Below are positions 58,641-64,000 of a DNA stretch of 64,000 bases, piece after piece. The stretch spans positions 147,750 to 211,749 of the forward strand of contig CAYSFW010000089.1 of assembly GCA_964430355.1 (NCBI GenBank). Reading direction: 5' to 3'. Origin of the DNA: an uncultured Thiotrichales bacterium (GTDB taxonomy: Bacteria > Pseudomonadota > Gammaproteobacteria > UWMA-0217). Position numbers and translations under genes: made by a program. The notes under the pieces were generated by a model. The model worked only from the letters and a program-made list of their open reading frames with translations, was not told the DNA's origin and did no database searches. How positions within the stretch are numbered: position 1 is the stretch's first letter; the number at the start of each line of letters is the position of its first letter.

Positions 58641-59992
58641 ACGCAGCGCACCGTGTGATCTTCGTCGACGACGAGCCCAAGGCGGGCCAGCTCTTCAAGC
58701 GCTTCTGCGAGACGAGCGGCCTTGCCGTCGAGGCCTTTCAGGGGGCAGGCGAGGCGCTGAAACACTTTCAGGCCGAGTCCGCGGACCTGATCGTCACCGA
58801 CCTGATGATGCCTCACATGTCTGGCATTGAGCTGCTGCAAAAGGTGCGGGCGCTGGACCCGGACGTGCCGGTGATCATCGTCACCGGCTACTCCACGGTG
58901 GAGAACGCCATCGAGGCACTGCGCCTCGGTGCGACCGATTTTCTGCGCAAGCCCTACGATCCGGAGGAGCTGCAGCGGCGCATCCTGCTGATCCTCGAGA
59001 ACCGTCGCCTGCGCCGCGAGAATCAGGACCTCCGACTGGATCTCGTCCACGAGCGCGGCACGCCAAGCCTGATCGGCGAGAGTGTGGTGATGCAGCGGCT
59101 ACGCGAGCGCATCCGCAAGCTCGCTGCCGTGCGCTGCAACGTGATCGTCACCGGCGAATCCGGCACGGGCAAGGAGTTGGTGGCCCGCGACCTGCACGCG
59201 CTGAGCCCGCAACGCGACAACCCCTTCGTGGTGATCGACTGCGGCGCCATGAACGACACCCTGCTCGAGAGCGAGCTGTTCGGCCATGAGAAGGGCGCCT
59301 TTACGGGGGCCGACCGGCAGCGCATCGGTCGCCTCGAAACGGCCAAGGGCGGCACGGTGTTCCTGGACGAGATCTGCAACATTTCCGACGCCATGCAGAT
59401 CAAGCTCCTGCGGGTAGTGCAGGAACAGCAGATCACGCGAGTCGGGGGCAATCGGCCGCTGTCGATCGACGTGCGCTTCATCGCCGCCACCAACCGCGAC
59501 CTGGAGGCGATGGTCGCGCAAGGGCAGTTCCGCCACGATCTCTACCACCGCCTCAACGTCGTGCGCATCGACGTTCCGCCGCTGCGCGAGCGGCGCGAGG
59601 ACGTGCCGCTGCTTACGCGCCACTTCATCGACTTTTTCAATGCCCGCTTCGGGCGTCAGGTGCGCGAGTTTTCGGCCCAAGCCAACCAGGCGCTCGCGGC
59701 CTACGCTTGGCCGGGCAACGTGCGTGAGCTGCGCAATCTCGTGGAGCGCCACGTCGCGCTCGCCGAGACGCCGGTCATGGAGTTGATGGAATCGCTCGCC
59801 TCCGCGCCGCAGGCGATGACCTGCGGCGAGTCGATCGATGCAGATTGGCCTGATCTCGCGACCCTGGAGCGGCGCTACATCCTCAAGATGCTGGATCGAC
59901 AGCGCGGCAGCCGCGAGAAAACCGCCGAGGCGCTCGGCATCAACAAATCCACGCTTTGGCGCAAACTGCAGAGCTATGAGGTGCAGGACTAG
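58637..59992 (+). CDS. Sigma54-dependent response regulator (NtrC/AtoC family)
   Basis: Receiver domain (DD, TDLMMP, K), GESGTGKE, ELFGHEKGAFTGA, WPGNVRELRN, C-terminal Fis-type HTH. Confidence 0.93.
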   Translation: MNAAHRVIFVDDEPKAGQLFKRFCETSGLAVEAFQGAGEALKHFQAESADLIVTDLMMPHMSGIELLQKVRALDPDVPVIIVTGYSTVENAIEALRLGATDFLRKPYDPEELQRRILLILENRRLRRENQDLRLDLVHERGTPSLIGESVVMQRLRERIRKLAAVRCNVIVTGESGTGKELVARDLHALSPQRDNPFVVIDCGAMNDTLLESELFGHEKGAFTGADRQRIGRLETAKGGTVFLDEICNISDAMQIKLLRVVQEQQITRVGGNRPLSIDVRFIAATNRDLEAMVAQGQFRHDLYHRLNVVRIDVPPLRERREDVPLLTRHFIDFFNARFGRQVREFSAQANQALAAYAWPGNVRELRNLVERHVALAETPVMELMESLASAPQAMTCGESIDADWPDLATLERRYILKMLDRQRGSREKTAEALGINKSTLWRKLQSYEVQD

Positions 59993-60266
59993 CTGGGTGT
60001 TCAAAATCGACTGCGAGGTGCTGATGCAACGTTGCAAATCGCCTCATAGTGCTCATTAACGCCATGTGAACTGTGCTTTTTCGGCGATTCGGGCCTTGCC
60101 TGAGCACCCCTCGCTATGTCTTTCAACACCCTGCGGGGCGGTGCCGACTCGGGAGCGAGACCCTGTTTGCAAATTGCACTCGTGAACGTTGTATTTTGCA
60201 CTGCGCCGTCCAGCTTGCCGGTCGGTCGGCGTATACAACCCACTGATTCGCCGAAATTCACACCGC

Positions 60267-60282
60267 TGGCACGGCGCGTGCT
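60267..60282 (+). promoter_or_regulatory. Sigma54 (-24/-12) promoter of soxYZ
   Basis: TGGCAC-GGCGC-GTGCT with exact GG-N10-GC spacing, 43 nt before the soxY ATG. Confidence 0.7.
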
Positions 60283-60324
60283 ACAAAGGTGGCGCTCAAC
60301 CAATCACTGTTGGAGTGGAGAAAC

Positions 60325-60786
60325 ATGCAACGTAGAACTTTCCTGAAAGGCACCCTGGCTGCCGGTGCAGCTGGCGTGGCCGTAAGCGCCGGGCTGCTCA
60401 CCCCGCAACGCGTCCTGGCTGCGTGGCCGCAAGCCGCATTCGACGCTAAGGACGTCAACTCTGCGCTGAGCGCCATCGGCGCGAGCGGCGGAGCTGAGAG
60501 CGCGGACATCAGCATCAAGGCCCCTGACATCGCAGAAAACGGCGCAGTCGTGCCCGTGACGGTCGAGACGACGGCGAGCGGCGTCGAGTCCATCGCCATT
60601 CTGGCCTCCGAGAACGGCACGCCGCTGACCAGCCAGTACATGCTCGGCACGGGCGCGGATGCCTATGTTTCCACCCGTATCAAGATGGCCAAGACTTCCA
60701 ACGTGGTCGCAGTGGTTAAGGCGGGCGGTAAGGTCATGACCGCGAAGAAAGAAGTCAAGGTCACCATCGGCGGCTGCGGCGGCTAA
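60325..60786 (+). CDS. soxY: Sulfur-carrier protein SoxY
   Basis: Tat signal MQRRTFLK, APDIAENGAVVPV, C-terminal VTIGGCGG. Confidence 0.96.
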   Translation: MQRRTFLKGTLAAGAAGVAVSAGLLTPQRVLAAWPQAAFDAKDVNSALSAIGASGGAESADISIKAPDIAENGAVVPVTVETTASGVESIAILASENGTPLTSQYMLGTGADAYVSTRIKMAKTSNVVAVVKAGGKVMTAKKEVKVTIGGCGG

Positions 60787-60805
60787 TCGAGAAGGAGATT
60801 TCCCT

Positions 60806-61117
60806 ATGTCATCGATCAAATTGCGTGCAGAAGAGGCGGGTGGCGTCACCACCATCAAGGCCCTGATCACTCACCCCATGGAAACCGGCCTGCGCAAGGA
60901 CAAGGCCACCGGCCAACTCGTTCCGGCCCACTTCATCCAGGAAGTGGTGGCCGAGCACAAGGGCAACAAGGTGTTCACGGCACTCTGGAGCGGTGGCATC
61001 TCCACCAACCCGTACCTGTCGTTCCGCTTCAAAGGCGCCGCGAAGGGCGACACCGTCAAACTCTCGTGGACCGACAACAAGGGCGGCTCGGATTCAGTCG
61101 AGGCCCAGGTCAGCTGA
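60806..61117 (+). CDS. soxZ: SoxZ
   Basis: HPMETGLRKD...PAHFI...NPYLSF...WTDNKG; follows soxY. Confidence 0.95.
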   Translation: MSSIKLRAEEAGGVTTIKALITHPMETGLRKDKATGQLVPAHFIQEVVAEHKGNKVFTALWSGGISTNPYLSFRFKGAAKGDTVKLSWTDNKGGSDSVEAQVS

Positions 61118-61149
61118 CCGGTTGAGCGCGCACATCATCCTTTGGCTTT

Positions 61150-61175
61150 GAGGCGCGTTTCGCGCCTCTTTTTTT
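61150..61175 (+). terminator. Intrinsic terminator after soxZ
   Basis: GAGGCGCG-ttt-CGCGCCTC-TTTTTTT. Confidence 0.85.
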
Positions 61176-61194
61176 GTCGCGAGACCACCTCCGC

Positions 61195-63237
61195 TCACCC
61201 GTAGGTCCGCTCCAGTGCGGCCAGAGCGGCCTCCTTGGTGGCAAACAGGTTGTCGCGTCCAATCACCTCGTCGAGGCCGGCCCTGTCGAGGGCGTCGCGG
61301 ACGGGCTTTTTAAGTCCCGCGAGCACCAGCCGGACACCGGCGGCGCGCAAGTCCTTGGCTAGCGCCCACAACTTCTCCTCGCCACTTGCGTCGATGCGGT
61401 TGATGCCGTTGCCCACCACCATGACGGCGCGCGCCTTGGGGAACTGGCTCAGGGCATTCATCACAGCCTCCTCGAAATAGGCGGCGTTGATGAACACGAG
61501 CGAAGCATCGAAGCGCATCACAACGAAGTTCTCGCTGACGGGCGCCAGGTCGTGACTGATAGCGCCGGCGAGCGCGCCGTCGTGTGTTCGTCCGAGGATC
61601 TCCGCCCGCGGCCGCATGGTTCCGTGCAGGAACACAAAAATGGTCAGCACCACACCCACGAGCACACCGCCCGCCAGCTGGGGTGCGAGCCAGAGCGTGG
61701 CTAGGAAGGTCGCGATGCCAGTCGCTCCGTCACTGCGCCGTACGCGCCAGGCGTGGCGGAGCCCCTTGAAGTCGACCAGACCAAATACAGCGCTCATGAC
61801 GATAGCAGCGAGCACCGGCTGCGGCAGGTGGTAGAAGTATTGGGTGAAAAACAAGATGACCAGCATCACGGCCAGCGCACTGACGATGGCGAACATACCG
61901 GTTTGCGCGCCGCTTTTGGCGGCGACTGCAGAGCGCGAGAACGAGCCAGAGACGACATAGGACTGAAAAAACGAGCCGGCGATGTTCGCAAGTCCCTGTC
62001 CGATTAGCTCCTGGTTGGGGTCGAGCCGCTCGCGGCTCTGCGCCGCGAGTGCTCGCGAGATGGAAATGGCCTCCATGAAACCGATCATGGCCATCACAAA
62101 GGCAATCCCGAGGAGCCCGGAGAGTGTGGCCAGGTCCAGCGGCGGCACCGAGAAGCCGGGCAAGCCCGCGGGAATCGTGCCCACCACTTGACCGCCGCCG
62201 GAGAGCCGGATCTGGCCGTCCTTCACCCCGGCAAAGCGCCAGACGGGTGCAAACGGCGATGCCTCGGTCGCCGCGCGATAGGTCACGACCCCGTCGCTCC
62301 CGGTTTCGGGTACCAGTGCGTGACGGAATACGGCCACGCGCTGCCCGTAGAGTTGTTTCTGGAGCGCATTGTCCTCCCCGGCCAGCTGCGCAGCGCGGGC
62401 TTCCAGCGAGTAGTCGTGTGCATCGGTGCGTGACAGCTGTTTGATCTGCTTCTGCACCTGTGCTATGTCGGCCTTGACCTGCTTGAGCGACGTTTCCAGC
62501 GCAATGAACTTCTCGTAATCGCTCCGCGCGGCGGGGGCGGCGATGTGGTCGAGCGGCACAGACGCGGTCTTCTCGAAGCCGACGGCGGCGCTGATAACGG
62601 TGCCGAGCAGTACGACGATCAACACGCCCGGCCACTTCGGCGCCCAGCGCTTCAGCCAGTGCAGCGCCAGCAGCGTACCGATACCGAAAGCCACACTAAG
62701 CCCATGGGCCAGCGGGACTTGCAGGACGACGTGCCACAGGTCGCGCAGGAACATGTCCGAGCGCGGCATGGGCACGTTCAGGAAGCTGCTGAGCAGCGAC
62801 AGCCCGATGATCAGTGCAGCGGCGTTGGTGAAACCCTGGATCACCGGGTGCGATGCGAGGTTGATGAGCACCCCCATGCGGAACGCGCCGAGCAGCAGAC
62901 GGATCACCCCGACCATCAGGGCGAGTGACATAGATAGCTCAATGAACTCCATGCTGCCGCGGCTGGCCAACGGCTCGATGGCCGCCGCCGACATCAGCGA
63001 GAGCAGCGCGACGGGCCCGGTGTGCAGAAAACGCGATGCCCCCCAGAGGGACGCAACAATCACGGGAAGGAACGAGGCGTACAGCCCGTACACGACGGGC
63101 AGGCCCGCCAGGGACGCATAGGCCATGGCCTGGGGGATCAGGACCATGGCCACGGTCACTCCCGCGATGAAATCGCCGCGCAGGCTCTGTGCGCGCAGCG
63201 GCAGCCAGTTCAGGAAAGGAAACAGTGTTTTCAGCAC
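61195..63237 (-). CDS. SulP/SLC26 anion transporter with C-terminal STAS domain
   Basis: DFIAGVTVAMVLIPQAMAYA, GLYAS, GF..AAA, NQELIGQGLAN, GSFSRS, STAS (ASLVFINA, IDASG). Confidence 0.92.
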   Translation of the reverse strand: MLKTLFPFLNWLPLRAQSLRGDFIAGVTVAMVLIPQAMAYASLAGLPVVYGLYASFLPVIVASLWGASRFLHTGPVALLSLMSAAAIEPLASRGSMEFIELSMSLALMVGVIRLLLGAFRMGVLINLASHPVIQGFTNAAALIIGLSLLSSFLNVPMPRSDMFLRDLWHVVLQVPLAHGLSVAFGIGTLLALHWLKRWAPKWPGVLIVVLLGTVISAAVGFEKTASVPLDHIAAPAARSDYEKFIALETSLKQVKADIAQVQKQIKQLSRTDAHDYSLEARAAQLAGEDNALQKQLYGQRVAVFRHALVPETGSDGVVTYRAATEASPFAPVWRFAGVKDGQIRLSGGGQVVGTIPAGLPGFSVPPLDLATLSGLLGIAFVMAMIGFMEAISISRALAAQSRERLDPNQELIGQGLANIAGSFFQSYVVSGSFSRSAVAAKSGAQTGMFAIVSALAVMLVILFFTQYFYHLPQPVLAAIVMSAVFGLVDFKGLRHAWRVRRSDGATGIATFLATLWLAPQLAGGVLVGVVLTIFVFLHGTMRPRAEILGRTHDGALAGAISHDLAPVSENFVVMRFDASLVFINAAYFEEAVMNALSQFPKARAVMVVGNGINRIDASGEEKLWALAKDLRAAGVRLVLAGLKKPVRDALDRAGLDEVIGRDNLFATKEAALAALERTYG

Positions 63238-63275
63238 CTTGGTAACCCTGCGTCACTCAGTGGCCGGGGCGCAGT

Positions 63276-63854
63276 TCAAGCCGCGCGGGTGTCAGTGGCG
63301 TCTTGCGTTGCCTTGCGGTTCTCGATGGCATCGGCACCGCGAGGTGTCACCAGCACCACCGGAATGGGTAGCGCGTTGCTGGTTTGGGTGCCGTTGACTA
63401 GTTTCCAACCCAGGAAGCCGGTTTCGTTGCACGCGAGAAAAGCCACCTCGGGGTGGCGGCGCAGGTAGCGCGACAGCGCCGCGAGCGGTTCGCCCTCCAG
63501 CGATCGCACCCGCAGCGCGATACCGGCTTCCTTCAGCGTCTGCACGAGCGGCGCGAGCAGATCACGCGCGCGGGCCTCGGGCTGCAGGGTAAGCACCGTC
63601 AGACCGTAATCCATGCGTTGGCACATCTGCAACACGTAATCCGCGGTGTGCGGGGAGAGTTCGCTCCCCAGGTAGAGCCCTACCTGCTTTTGGGGGGATT
63701 GAGCGCTGGCCGGCTTGACTGTGGGTTGTGGGGTCGGCTGCGTGGGCGCGGAGTCGAGATATCGCGCCTTCTGGCTGAGCATGAGGTATTCGCCCGCGTC
63801 AGCAGCGGCCAGGGCGTTGAGTATTTGCTTGAGGACTTGAGTCATGGTTTTCAT
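63276..63854 (-). CDS. Hypothetical protein, degenerate universal-stress-protein-like fold
   Basis: LAAADAGEY N-terminus, alpha/beta core, C-terminal LPIPVVLV resembling the USP end motif; co-oriented with sulP. Confidence 0.55.
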   Translation of the reverse strand: MKTMTQVLKQILNALAAADAGEYLMLSQKARYLDSAPTQPTPQPTVKPASAQSPQKQVGLYLGSELSPHTADYVLQMCQRMDYGLTVLTLQPEARARDLLAPLVQTLKEAGIALRVRSLEGEPLAALSRYLRRHPEVAFLACNETGFLGWKLVNGTQTSNALPIPVVLVTPRGADAIENRKATQDATDTRAA

Positions 63855-64000
63855 GGTGTATTATATGGACGCCTCCCGTTTGCCAAGATCGGTTTGGGTG
63901 TGCTGGGACAGATAGGCTGCAGTTTTATATCCGGCCTGTAGTGCAGGCGGATGCCTGCTGGCCCTGATGGAATCCGCGCAACCCGCGCCTCATTTCTCCG

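Overview
GC-rich, gene-dense chromosomal window. The gene set points to a sulfur-oxidising, CO2-fixing gammaproteobacterium (Chromatiales/Thiotrichales-like; this assignment is inference). Its core is a ~25 kb carbon-concentrating superlocus (22.9-48.2 kb): cbbL-cbbS-cbbQ-cbbO plus a hypothetical gene; a three-subunit DAB/DAC inorganic-carbon pump with a P-II gene; cbbR divergent from an alpha-carboxysome operon (csoS2, csoSCA, csoS4A/B, three csoS1, bfr-like, acRAF-like, mcdA, mcdB); a second CsoSCA-like carbonic anhydrase; and nhaD divergent from a second CbbR/CcmR-like LysR gene. The flanks carry housekeeping genes (tex, sucAB, uvrD, glyQS, gmhB, plsC, tatD, tas, lysA, lptM), prk, tusA, a sigma54 two-component system upstream of soxYZ, and a SulP transporter. 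Most striking observations: (1) the carboxysome operon has no Rubisco genes of its own, and the only Rubisco here looks like non-carboxysomal form IAq; (2) a 1121-aa ORF appears to be a polyprotein, with a surface adhesin ending in a GlyGly-CTERM-like anchor followed by a second signal peptide and a complete OmpA; (3) csoS2 has two in-frame C CCA AAG slippery sites; (4) a cyanobacterial-style ATAG-N8-CTAT box lies between nhaD and the CcmR-like LysR gene. No rRNA, tRNA, CRISPR array or transposase was recognised. All calls come from motif recognition by eye; no database searches were run.
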